Shown: one piece after another, positions 13,256-26,269 of the stretch
How the letters are laid out: each line of letters begins with the position of its first letter
Position numbering within the stretch: the stretch's first letter is position 1
Assembly (NCBI RefSeq): GCF_006345805.1
Contig: NC_043000.1
Location: 44,826,001 to 44,890,000 of the forward strand
From: Octopus sinensis
Taxonomy: Eukaryota
DNA length: 64,000 bases
Direction of reading: 5' to 3'
The notes under the pieces: model-generated
Told to the model about the DNA's origin: nothing
The model's input: only the letters and a program-made list of their open reading frames with translations
The model's database searches: none
Position numbers and translations under genes: made by a program

Positions 13256-13438
13256 TAATAATAATAATAATGATAATAACAACAACAACAACAACATCGA
13301 AAAATACCTTAGGAATGAGAAACCAGATTCGAAATTCTCCAAGACACCTGATGAAGGCTGGAGGGTATATCAGCCGAAACATTGTGTTAACAACAACAGG
13401 ATGAGGACAAATATCCGTTAAATGTAAATAATGTACAT
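13256..13438 (+). mobile_element. Penelope-like right arm, part 2
   Basis: Reverse complement of 10972-11150. Confidence 0.85.
13343..13388 (+). ncRNA. Minimal type I hammerhead motif (helix III G-to-A)
   Basis: gacac CTGATGA a ggctg gagggtatat cagcc GAAACATT gtgtt. Confidence 0.8.
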
Positions 13439-13776
13439 AATTCCTCAACTCTTAAATATAGAACTGAGGAATATGATCTGTTTGTAAAATTATGTGAATT
13501 TGTCCAACTATTATGCATGAATTCTCGTAATTTTCCGTGATGTATGTTTTCGAGTGTCATGAAATTTAGCAAATAGCAAAGTTCACTAGGATTATGTTTT
13601 GAATCACGCCAATATCAATAATCACTCCAGAAAGAATCTAATTAAGATTTTATTCACACACACACACATACACATACGCATATATTTATGCATACATATA
13701 CATAAATACACATATACATATATATACATATATTCATATAAGTACGTATGTATGTATATATATATATATGTTCGTG

Positions 13777-13839
<63 letters not shown>

Positions 13840-14684
13840 GTGTGTGTATGTAGGTATTCAACTCTTTAATTTCTCATAAAACTATTGTGTCTTATCAATA
13901 AAAGAACCTGTAGGAAATATGCGAAGAAGACATAAACAAAAAGTTTTAATACAATGAAATCACCTTGAAAATTAGTAGACATGCAGCTTTCAATACAAAG
14001 AGTAAATGAGTAAAAAGAGCTGAGAACGTGTTTACTGCAATACTGAACTGTGGTAGACATTATTCTCAAAACAATAGATACACAAATACCAACACTTTCA
14101 AAAAGTGTTTACATGAAAGTGAACAGATATGATCGCTGACGTTACTTCCCTTGTTATATCAAAATACTTTCTGTGGAGATTGACGAAGTCAACAGTCTAC
14201 TTCAGTATACGATTTGTAAAACTGGATCATTTTGAATATATATATTTTTGCCATATATGAAAATCTTTGTCCATTCTTTTCATTCTACAGCATGTTGTCA
14301 GATGTACTTTATGTCATGACCCTTTTAATATATTTGCAAAATATATATATATCTATATATATATAAAACTCAACTTGTGTGTCAGTGTGTGTATCTGTGT
14401 GTATGTCTGTGTGTTTAACTTCCCGACACACCTCCTCCTAGCCAACAAATCGTAGAAGCACCAAAAATGGGTCACTTAAAGTTTAGGCAAATGAAAATTG
14501 AACTGCACTATTTCTGTTCCGAAATTCATCTCGCAAGTGCAAAAATCGATACTGTGTTTGTTTAGGCCTTATCCCATGCATTGAATAGTGAACATTACTC
14601 AGTCAGCTGTTTGACGTGAACTGTGTTCACCACGCGTGCAAACATGCGTAAAGCATGAAATATATATATAAATTAGAAAAATAA

Positions 14685-15051
14685 TATATATATATATATA
14701 AAAGCAGAAGTTGTCTGTGTATGGCAGGTTTGGTAGCCTTCAACTAACACGATCTCCTCCGAGACCCTACAACGCAAGTTGACCAAAATTGAGAGTATGC
14801 TAGGAGAAAGCTTGCTCCTTATTTCATAGAAGAAAAAATTCAAATCGAACCATGTTAACACCAAAAAGTATTTATATCAAAAAGGTGCTTTTTTTCTATG
14901 AAAATTCCTATTTTTTACGATTTTCTGACTACTGTGTTGCCATATTTCGGTGTATTTCAACCAGAAAAATGTTCACTTAAAGAGAATAAAGAGAATAAAT
15001 TCTAGTTCTAAAGGGTCGAAACAAACCCAAGCAACGCTGGGCAATACTGTA
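14685..15051 (+). mobile_element. Probable non-autonomous Helitron-like element
   Basis: Begins in (TA)n then aaaagcagaagttgtctgtg; ends with hairpin ccca-agcaacgc-tggg and a short ctgta terminus. Confidence 0.5.
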
Positions 15052-15084
15052 TTTTTTCTGTACTTTGTTTTTTTTTCCTGTACT

Positions 15085-15285
15085 TGTTTCAGTCATTTGA
15101 CTGCGGCCATGCTGGAGCACCGCCTTTTAGAGTGGTGAAAGAGTACAGCAGGGATCACCACCTCCTGCCGGAGCCTCGTGGAGCTTTTAGGTGTTTTCGC
15201 TCAATAAACACACACAACGCCCAGTCTGGGAATCGAAACCGCGATCCTCCGACCGCAAGTCCGCTGCCCTAACCACTAGGCCATA
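15085..15285 (-). mobile_element. Abutting SINE fragments (family D tail, family B 5' half)
   Basis: Similar to 1945-2020 and 5600-5777. Confidence 0.8.
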
Positions 15286-17449
15286 GGCAACAGATTGCTT
15301 TGCCCCATACCGAAAAATTAGAAATAGCAGTCAAAGACTGTTTATTTCTATTTTCGTTATTTATATATATATATTATTTATATATATTATTGTCTTCGCT
15401 ATTTATTCTTTCTAGTCTTTGTCAAATATTTCTAATTTTTCGGTATGTGACAGAGCGACCTCTTGCCTGCCCCTTATATATATATATATATATGTAACTT
15501 TTTAAAAAAAAGTTCCTACCGATAATGGTTATATTTACATACCGAAATCTACCCGAAAATAATTGTTGTTTTTTTTTAAATAATAATTATTTACCCTTAT
15601 ATTATATATATACTTGCTTGAAGCCAAACAATAAATCATCATGCTAATTACATAGAAATTAGCACTGCTTATTAGACGTCATATATTTCACAACTTTACT
15701 TCAGGAGTGGCCAGTTTCAAACATTAGATCAAGCGATACATTGCCATTTTTTATTTTTTCACTTACCATTTGGAACTAAAGTAAAAATTGTGCTAAATTT
15801 AAGAATAGACAGACTATAATGGATTACATATTGTCATCATCGGCATAATGAATACTAAATATTTTGCTATCTGTTTTACCTTGATTAATTGTGCAAATCT
15901 TCAGTACTGCAAAATTTCATTTTTTTCAGTTTTGGTTCAAATCTGGCCCAGTATATTTTGCATATTTTTCTCTTTAAACGCTTTTACTTGGTCTGCTGTC
16001 TACCTTCGATTTACGCCACCACTTCCCATACTATATAAAATATATTTTGTGTGAAGATTTTTTTCTCCTCATTCAACTTTAAGGCAAACTACTATGGATT
16101 TACAACATTCATCTGCAATACAATACAAATTTATGGAGAAATAACACAACAGAAAGATTTCTTTATAGGTCATGTATAGTTACGAAAAGGGAAGGATATT
16201 TATATCTAATTAATGCGGCAGTAAAATCATGTTATCTATAAAATCAAGCGTGGAACATTGTCTACTTTATTGGTTTAAAAATAACTGTTAGAAATAAGTA
16301 AATGTTTGAATCTAATTTCAATGTTACACTATAAATAAATGAAATAATCTTCAAAACAAAAAGAATGTAAATGAAGGTAAAACGATAAAAAATGTAATAA
16401 AGTCACAACTTGAAGAAATTTTCATTTTGTTTCTATTCTTAACATTTCGAAGAAAGCTAAGAGCAAAATTTTTGTTCATCCTTGTTCATACTTCCATTCT
16501 AATTTTCCACTTTTCTCCCCTTTCGGCAATTATATATAATGAAGAAGATGAAACAATAGTTAAGACCTTTCTGGCAATAAATCAATATATACTATGGCAT
16601 TGTATATGTTTTCTAGGAAATCCTTTACTGTTGATCAATTCTAATCAAAATGGCCCTGAATTTATTCTAAATTTCTGAAACCTTGAAAATGAATAATGCT
16701 GAGTGTGAAAATGTTGCTGTGCTTTAGACCTTACCTTATATATCATTTCTTTGAGCTAAGGTGATGATTCAACGAATACAACGTCTTTTGTTGAGCAATT
16801 TTACTTTTGTAAATTTGCATTATTTTAATTTATTTATAAAATAATATAAGTTTGTGACCCACAGTTAAACGTAAATTCTCTTTTCAGACTTCACTCTTCT
16901 TCATGTCACGTAATATATTGTCTTTTGTATGTTATTAGCATTGTTTTAAGAACGAACATCATCATTAACATGATGGTACAGCGTTTACACTTAAAGAGTA
17001 GTAGTGGTCAATATGATTTATGAAACGTATGCATCAGAGCCGTGCAGTCAATGCAGCCAAAGTAGCAGCCTTTACGTGGTCATTGAAAAATGTACAAACT
17101 TCTTTGTTCAGAAAGAATGTAAAATTTCTCTGAAATAATAGCACGCTATCTTTTAAAATATCAGGAGATGAGCTATTAGTTGATTATGCTTTAAAGAAAA
17201 CAAGATGGTCTTAGACTGAAGTCGGCCTCATAATGGTTGACCTGGGGTTAAACAGCTACAATATCCTCATGAATCTGGTTAATGTCTATAACAAAGACAC
17301 ACACACATACATACAAGCAGGATATAAGTTAACAATCACTTCCGTTCTTTATTCATATATTACATTTCTGAAAAAAGATTTACCTATATATTTTCCATAC
17401 ACTAGTAGAGAAAACGTAGATGTAAACTAGCAGTACATATGCTTATGTT

Positions 17450-17880
17450 CTGTGTATTTTCTGTGAGTCATTCACGTGTAAAACCTTACCTACATCTCAG
17501 TGACAAATCTTTCAGTAGTTTCCTCGCAAAGCAATACACAAGTTCCTCTCATTTGTGTTGCACCTTTTCTCGTGTAGATTTTTATCATTTTATGGATGAA
17601 GTTCAAACCTTAGTTTGACAGCTTAATGCGTACATGCAATAGTCCTATTTTCATTTCCACGGACGGATCCATAAAAGTGTTAGCCTTTCCCATATCTTCC
17701 ACATTCCCATATCTTTCTTTCACCTGCTACGTTAACTTTCTGTTCTTTTACCGACAATGTTGATAGACGTCACTTAACCAGACTATATCTTCACTGATTT
17801 AGGTGATTTTTCTAACATATCACCTGCTGAGGTTAGCAGTTGAAAGAATGCTCGAAAATTCTAACTGTTGTATAACTTTT
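17450..17880 (-). mobile_element. Possible very decayed RTE-type LINE fragment
   Basis: Only weak peptide traces (GLNF..K; ICH*DVG..THRK). Confidence 0.3.
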
Positions 17881-18036
17881 CAAAGAGAAACATTAAGTTT
17901 TCTAGTATGTTTTATTTAACATCAACAGAACAATGCAACAATGTCATATCTTTTTTTGATTTTCTTTGTTTTAAATTGTAGTAGAAAAAATATATGACTA
18001 ATTTTACAATGAATGTTATCAGTATTAACTCATGTG

Positions 18037-18087
<51 letters not shown>

Positions 18088-18101
18088 TTATATACATATA
18101 T

Positions 18102-18147
<46 letters not shown>

Positions 18148-19010
18148 CACATACATGTGTGAATATATATATATATGTGTGCGTGTATTCATTTAAGCAC
18201 GAAAATATATGCATATATGCAATTATATACGCATATGAAGGAATTTATATATGTGTATACATGTGTACATAGGCACACACATACATACATATACGCACAT
18301 ATACATATGTAAAATGACTTTTGTGAAACGTAATTACTGAAGAAAATAATGAAAATTACATCGAGATGTAATTATTGGAAACTGAACTGATGAGAAATGA
18401 TCAAATTACATGTTTCATCTTTCACCTAAATTATATAGTTAAAAGTTATATTATTATTTTCTATTACAATTTTTATTTTATATATTTATTTTTCCTTAGA
18501 ATATTACAAAAAGTTAATTGTTACAACGTTTTTGAATTTTAAAAGAAAAAAGAACGCAGTACGTAGAGAAGTGTTGTCAATATGTGATTTAACGATCAAC
18601 GACCAAGAATTTTAGTTTGAATGAATATAAAAGCATTTAGTAATGATATTAATTTCCAAGGCAAGGACAATATGTCAGATTTTACGGGAAGGATTTAACC
18701 ACTTACATTTTACACGTGTACCTGGCGAGTGCTGTGTTATTATTTTTCTTCCTTTTCTCCAGGAAAATTCATAAAATTTCAAAAGTCGCAAATATCATTG
18801 TGCCTGACGCTATATACTGCCAATATCTGGCTTCTGTAAATCATATTCCACTGTGGTTGACTTTACCGTTCATCAATTCCACCGTCGATAAATATGTACC
18901 AATTAAGCACTTAGGTCGGTGTATGGGACTTACAACTTGCCCAGATAGTACTGGCCATGTGCCAAAATTTGAAACCGATATTAATTTCATTATTATTAAA
19001 ATAAAATAAA

Positions 19011-19258
19011 TGCGCCCTTTTAAAGCCTAGTCAGGCTCATGGGCCCAGTTTCCCGGTTTCTATGGCGTATGTGTTCCCCAGCTGGACGGGACGTCGGTCC
19101 ATCGCTGCGTTCCTAATTTTTGTCAGCTTGGTGGACTGTAGCAACGTGAAATGGAGTGCTTTGCTCAAGGACACAACGCGACGCCCGGTCCAGGAGTCAA
19201 AACCACAATCTTACGATCATGGTGCTGATACCCTAACCACCAAGCCATGCGCCTCCAC
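19011..19258 (-). mobile_element. tRNA-derived SINE (family C)
   Basis: Head GGAGGCGCATGGCTTGGTGGTTAGGG, CORE-like gtgtccttgagcaaagcact, 3' half shared with family B. Confidence 0.85.
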
Positions 19259-20089
19259 ACTCATTATTATTACTAAAGAAATATATTAGGTGAGTAGGCA
19301 TTTTTTGTGGTAATTCTTACGACATTTTATTTTCTGAGAAATCTCTTGCATATTACATCCTGCTTGTAAAATAAGAGCACACTTGACCATGTCTTAAAGA
19401 TATTTAAATTTAAGAGATATAAACTAGTACAACTGTAGACACCTGAAGAAATAAATAAATAACTGCCCTTTTTATTACCATCATCCGCATCACCTTCCTC
19501 CTTTTCATTATCATCTTTATTCACTGCTGACAGAGTAGACGTTGCTTACAAGCTGCTCTCTCGAGACAAAACGCTTGTCTAGATGGAGTATGATTTTATC
19601 AAAAGTATTCACATACAGATAACATCATATAGTTTGTTGTCTCCACTTACATAGCTTACAAGACAAAGATAAGTTTTGTGTTAAATGTTTCCCTCCTGCT
19701 CCATCAAAAATAAAAACAAAACCATCATCCACTCCCGATCTTCGGAAACAAAACAGAAAATATAAAACATATTACTTATAATACATATAACATATGATAC
19801 ATAATATAATACATTTCCCACAGAAAAATAATCAAGAAAACATTATAATTTTAACTGCAACGCAAAATATTAATAGTAGACACGAAGTAAAGAAACTCAG
19901 ACATTTTAAGTACACCAAGAAAATCTTGTCAACAACAATAGTATTTATATTCATATTGCTTCGGGTGTAAACATTAGCATCAAAAGATTGTCTCATGCCA
20001 GTGTTTTGTTGAAAGATTGAATGTTTAGCAAAATTTTGTGCATCAATCGCGGGTTATCTTTCTACATCCTGTTGCATAGCCCCGTAAAA

Positions 20090-21000
20090 GAGAAAAAATT
20101 ATATTTCTTACCGAGAATACAACAAGCTAGTACATCCGATCACTTCATTTGAAGGATAAAAGTAAATAGCATAAAAGTTGTAATTTTCTAAAACAGGACA
20201 AGGCGAAAGCGGAATTGCAAGGCCATAGAGAATACGATAAAACTGGCAATAAGCTGATTTTGCGGTTGTTAAAAGAAGAAGCATAAAAGTAAACCTCAGG
20301 GACATTGGTTATGAGGTCGATCCATGAGATCTAGTCATGCTTATGACGCACCATAGGAAGACGGTAAAAGCTAAACTCAAGAGTGATATTTGGTGATATG
20401 TAGAAGGGGAGACCACTATGCACATACAAGTACTTATGATTCTGCAAAACAAAGTACGTTACTAAGAGTGCTGAGAAAAAAATCTTTAAGGTCAACATTA
20501 ACGATAGATGAAACATTTCTTACAACTGTCGCAGCAAAATTCATCGAAAATCTTTCTGCACAGAAAGTCTAAGAAGGAAAATCTAACGAAAATCATGGCG
20601 GTTGTCACTTTGGAGACCTGGAGCAACTCGTGAATCGACAAATGAATTACCTAGTCCTCACTGATAGGTGCGAAATATGAAACGCCAGGACCCCTCTCCT
20701 ACCCATAACCGCTGAAGGAAGACGTTACCGAAAACAATAGCAACAACTGCAGAGCTAAACTACACGAAAGTAGCATCATCACAACGACGCCACATCTTAC
20801 AATCATGACAATAGGGTACACAGATACGAAAGTGATTGAGCAGAATCCTTCATAACAGAGACGAAAACGGAAAGGACCCAATGAAAATAATTATAAATGT
20901 TGTGAAAAGTTTACAAAATAATGTACACCACCTGTGAAGAAGGAATTCCGCTGAGGAAGAACACATAGCGTATGAAAAACTTATGACAGCTTACCAGTAT
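20090..21000 (+). mobile_element. Possible decayed Penelope-like 3' end
   Basis: Weak GIY-YIG traces (YVEGET; RAKLHESSII) followed by CTGAGGA at 20951. Confidence 0.35.
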
Positions 21001-21250
21001 ACGTCAAGGAAAAAGGTACTCTCACCCTGATGGAAACATAATTCGCACCTATTCAGAAACCAAGTAAGCCCTAATAAGTGTCTTCGAAAAGTGTGAATCT
21101 GTCTTTCAGGGTACCATAATATTTGAAACAAATAGGAACTCATTTTATCAGGACAGTACATAAAAGAATTTACACTGAATAATCTATTAACACAAATGGA
21201 GATTGAAATAGAAAGGAAAATTTGGCAACAAAGGCATTTAACACAGTAAA

Positions 21251-22454
21251 AACGAGGATCTGAGGAAATGGTCATAGGCTGGCGAAGATCCTTTCATGGA
21301 ATGTAACCAAATAAGGTTTACTGTTCAACATAATGCTCCTTGCGGTCCATACACATCTATCAATGTTGCAGCGCTTGGATCCCATTGGTAAAGAACTTTC
21401 ATCCTCTTCATAAAAAGTGTGATCAAGAGCAGACATGACGTCATCATCACTACAACACTAGATCCCAGCCAAGTACTTTCTTTTCCTGATAATCAAATGG
21501 GCCAAATCAGGAGTAAAGGGAGTAGGATTTACTAGCTCAATGCAACAGTCATGCATAACAGCCACTGAAAATAAGGATTTAAGTCTGGAGCATTGTCCTG
21601 ATGAAACAAGCTCCCGTTGGTCAGTTTCCCTGGATGTTTGGCATTGATAGCCTTTCATAACTGCTTCAGCAATTTAGCATAGTACTCTCCATTGTGGGTG
21701 TAGCCATTTTTAAGGTAGTCAATAAACACAATGTCATTTGGATCCCCCAAAATCTGAGACCATCGCCTTCCCGGCAGATGATACAATCTTGTCCTTCTTT
21801 GGAGCAGGTGAGGTGGGGTATTTTTTACTAAATGTATTGTTTCTTTCTCTCTGATACAAGGTGACGAACCCAACACTCATCCTGGCTTAGAAAACCTTCA
21901 GTGAAACCGGATGCATCTACCTCAAACAGTGATACCTGTTCCCGTGATATTATTGTGAGCTCTTGATCGGGTATCAGACGGCAAAGCACCCACCGAGAAG
22001 AAACACTCCTCATGGCAATTCATCGAACAGAATATTTTCAAATCTCTCGTGGAATATACTAGTAGCATTGGCTATGTGATGTGTAGTCAATCGCCTGACA
22101 TACATCACCATGTGGAAACACGAGCAATGTTTTCGTCGGTAGTTGCAGAAGTTCCAGATCTTCGGTCAACTTCACGAGTCTCCCTTTAACTCCTAAATTT
22201 AGCTGCTCACATTTGCATTGTTGATAAAGCTGGAACATCAGCCCCTGATTTAGCATCCATGTGATCATGAAAGTCTTTCTGGTGGCATCGCGATGCCAAA
22301 TTTGCCCAGTCTTAAGAAATGTTGCTACTAGTTTTACATGTCAATTTACCAGGAAAGAAACAAGAAGTTATTAATAAGGCGGATGATATTTGTGTCAGCA
22401 TCACTCCTTCATAATTTCATAATCAGACTATGAACTTTTCAGCCCACTCTCGTA
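21251..22454 (-). mobile_element. Decayed, roughly full-length mariner transposon
   Basis: QDECWVRHL (DETW), FHQDNAP, PTPFTPDLA (PYSPDLA), MDRKEHYVEQ*; TIR tacgagagtgggctgaaaagttcata at the 22454 end and a degraded partner near 21251. Confidence 0.85.
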
Positions 22455-22639
22455 ATTGGAATGAAATAAGGTTTAATAAATGCAATAACGCTGCAGCATT
22501 GCCCTGCAAAACCAGCATGTAATTAGTAACACAGTATGAATTGCAATCAACTGAAAGATATTTCGATTGAAAAGTCCCTAATTTCCGAAATTCTTTTCAA
22601 ACTCTCATGAATATGTGGAAACAGTATTCATTGAATTAG

Positions 22640-24110
22640 TAAATTAATCAGTAAAGAGAGCAAAATGGACACCCTTTGATTACTGGAGGAGGAACAATAT
22701 TTATTCCTAGTAGCCAAATCACCTGAGACCCTCATTAGAACAGAAGTATAATTTGTTTGACAATAACAAACAAAGCCTTAAAATTTACACTTCGGTTGGT
22801 TGCTCACCTGGAAAGCAATAACATATTTCAGGATGAGCGGAAGCATTGTCGCAAAGATTACTTCTTGGTGAATCGGGTACTTATGATGTTAGGAAATGGA
22901 GAAGATACGTTTCGGTCAGGGATGAAGTTATTACCAAAAAATATGGCTCTCTTGGATAATGGACACATGTAGAAACACGCCCATAAAAACACAGTACATC
23001 ATAAATTTCCTCTCGCAATTCAAAGCAAACATTTCACGGCAGAACAAAGCGATGATTAAAAAGCAGCCATATGCTGAAAACGGTTTCTTACTCCCTCTAC
23101 TGTCCTACGTATTCCTAACCACCTTTGCTGAATAAAACCATCGATTATTACGAGTGCTATGTACACATTTTAATCCATCAATTCAATATGGATAATTTAA
23201 CGCTATTTATAATATGCAATACGCAGTTGAGAGCCTTCAAAATAGTCCAGGAAATAGCAGTAAGTACTAGGCTATTCAAATGAGACGGAACTATTGCAAA
23301 ACTAAGAGTGCAAATATTCAAATAGATCCAGTCAATAAAACCAGGGAATTGCAACAAAACCATCCATATAAATACTTACGTTGTGATGAAACTGATTAGC
23401 TACAATAGATCAAAAAATGAAAATAGAATCCATAAATATACTAAGGAAAGAAAATTTTGCAGAACATATTCCATTGCTTTTATTCTGCAAGACTTCACAA
23501 AGAGGAAGTAAATCTCTATGAAAGCTAGCAATGACTTCAAATCAATAGTTTAAAAGCAGAGAGACAAGGGTTGATTCTAGTAGCATATGATCAATGCGCA
23601 GCCACGTATAACTACAAAAACAACATAATGAAACAAGCGGCTAATATAAAGTGCAAGATATGCCTTCAGAACAAGGAAACGATTGATTTAGTTTCTGGAC
23701 ATTTTCTCCTTGTAAAGTCGAAATATAGGAATATTCCGTTCCTTAAATTACGGGGGAAAGGAGTACGACTGAGCTAGAAAGTTTTATGCAAGTGAGATGG
23801 CTAAACATTTTATATTCAAATAACAAGTCTGAACAAACCATAGAGATACGATAAAGATAATAACGGAAGTCCTCATACACTTACAGATATTTTGAGCCCT
23901 TGTGGCAAACAATAAATTATGAAATTGTATCAAAAACAAATTAAGTTAAAACATTCTGGTAGAAATAACCAAGTAATTCACAATGAAAATTAAAACAATA
24001 TCAATAATAATCAGAACAATAGGTATAGTAAAGGAGAACATAAGCAAAAATAATGCAATACACTAAGCTTTCATCTTGACAGACTGATCATAATGCATTC
24101 CTCTTAGACG
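22640..24110 (+). mobile_element. Old R4/Dong-like element (RT to RLE)
   Basis: LITGGGTIFIP..RSIICLT..HLESNNI; IHQFNMDNLTLF (INHLLYMDDLKLF); LKAERQGLILVAYDQ..KCKICLQNKETID. Confidence 0.8.
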
Positions 24111-26269
24111 TTTTATAGAAAACAGTTCCAATTCTATAACATACCTCATGCAGTAGACGTTACACATATCAAGCATATAGTACGTGGGCATTTCTTTGTA
24201 ACCTTATTTGTTGTTTGTTATTACAAATAGAAGCAGTATTGGTTCAAACTATTATTCTGTATATCTACTTTAAGGTGGAGATAGAGACCGTACAACATAT
24301 TTCTGCTTTCTTGCAGTGTATCCATGTGAGGAAAGAAATAAAGAATGTTATTTTAAACTAAATTTGCTTCTGTCGCTAATAACGAATTTTTACCCTCCCT
24401 GCTGGGTGTTTACAATCACCGGTGATTTGTTACTCAGTGTTTGTTTTTGTATATCAGTAGAAACTAACTTTGTCAAAGCATACATTGCCTAGTGGAATAT
24501 TGGCACTAATTACTCTCTAAGAATCAGAAAGCTGGATTTACCAATTCCGTTGGCGCTGCTAGACGCATTTTACCTGTTACTGATATATATGTGCTCTTTA
24601 GTATTATACATCTGTATTAAATGATTTCTGGAGATCAGTGCCATAGTTACCTGGCTTTTTACAGTATATCCACCTTATATTGGATGTACTCTAATGTGTG
24701 TTTATTGTAGTGTTAGTCTAAAAATATAATTTGTGTATCATAAGCAAATTCATTTCGTAGATGTGTTTCACTTTCTATTTATAATGTTTTGTGCATTGGG
24801 ATTTTGTTACATTAGGTACGGTATTAAACATTACTTAAATGAGAGTCTCCCTTGTCACATCTTGTGATTTTTGCCTATATAATGTATTATATCATGCATG
24901 TGATGCGCATTATTTACAGAACAGTTTCACTACTTGTTTATAGTGGTTTTAATTTTGAAATATCATTCATAAAACAACTAATAAGCTAGCGGTTTTCACT
25001 CATTTTATTAGATACATAGGTCACAAATTTTGCAAAGTATAACACATTAGTTGCCTTTCGAAGAACGTAATGTTCTAAGCAAAGTGGAATGACTTTAGCT
25101 AAAGGACTGGAATTGAAATCAAGATGTCTCAAATGCCAATGTTTCATGCTGCATATAAAATATGTTTAGCGTTTAAATTGTGGAGCAGCAAGTTTAAATA
25201 TATATTTTTTTAAACAGAAAGGATTAAAATTCCTCTCAGCTATGTCAGCGATGTATTTCCAAACACTTCATGAAACTACTCACACATTTATTGTATAATG
25301 TGTTACATAGCATGCACTTTTTAATCTTTGGTGATCAAACATGACTTGAAGTAATTTGCATGTAGTTTAAGCATGAAGTTATGCTGACCTACTATACAAA
25401 CAGTTGGTAATTAACATCCTGTCGATGGAGCTTCAATTGCGAATACACTAAATCCTTTTATTTTCCAAGTGTATCTATATATAAACTGGAAACATGGCAC
25501 AGGAATAGATTAATTCTGTAAACAATAGTAGCAGCATCACTTTGAAATTTTAATGAGTGCTTAATTGAACTGTCCTGTTAAGTTCAGATTCCATCTGAAT
25601 AATAACTTATAGAGTCCAAGGTGATGCCCAGCACCGTACTGACTTGCTTTTCCAACGCTATAAGAAAACAGAAATTCTTCGACAATACTCTCTAAGAAAT
25701 TATACAACTTCACTTCTGTTACCAGCACTGTACTCAAGTTTAGGAATTGTTATGTTACAGTATAAATTGTGTTAAACTTGGTAATTAAAAGGTATCGTAG
25801 TAAATAAACATAATACGTAGGGAACAACGTTGAACATAATTTCTGTTGAGTTTACTTTTTTACGTGATTTAGACTAAAATCGGCTCGTTGATTTCAAAAC
25901 TGCAATCCGTTTCTTTCTATAACATCAAGTATTTTTTCTATAGCTTACTCACTGTATAGGAACAAATGTATTGTTTGTCCATAAGCAGTAGGCTGGTCAG
26001 TTGCTTTTATAATTTTATTGATAACATTAGGGAACATTTTCGAAACAACTTGTTTTGATTTTGCAATTATGCCCTGAAAAAAATTTGTCACATTTTTTGT
26101 TTGATAAGAATTAATTTTTTTTACCAAAAATATCAATTTTGCCATTAAATTCGATACTAAAATACGATAATAGCACAAACTATTTAGTACTTATTTATTG
26201 TTTAACAAATATATAACACAAAATGTTTCATTTTACGATAGATGTATCTGTCACACTGCAGTTTTAGCA

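Noticed and set aside
18755-18775. Strong splice acceptor ttttcttccttttctccAG
   Set aside because: No recognisable downstream exon; runs into a decayed SINE.
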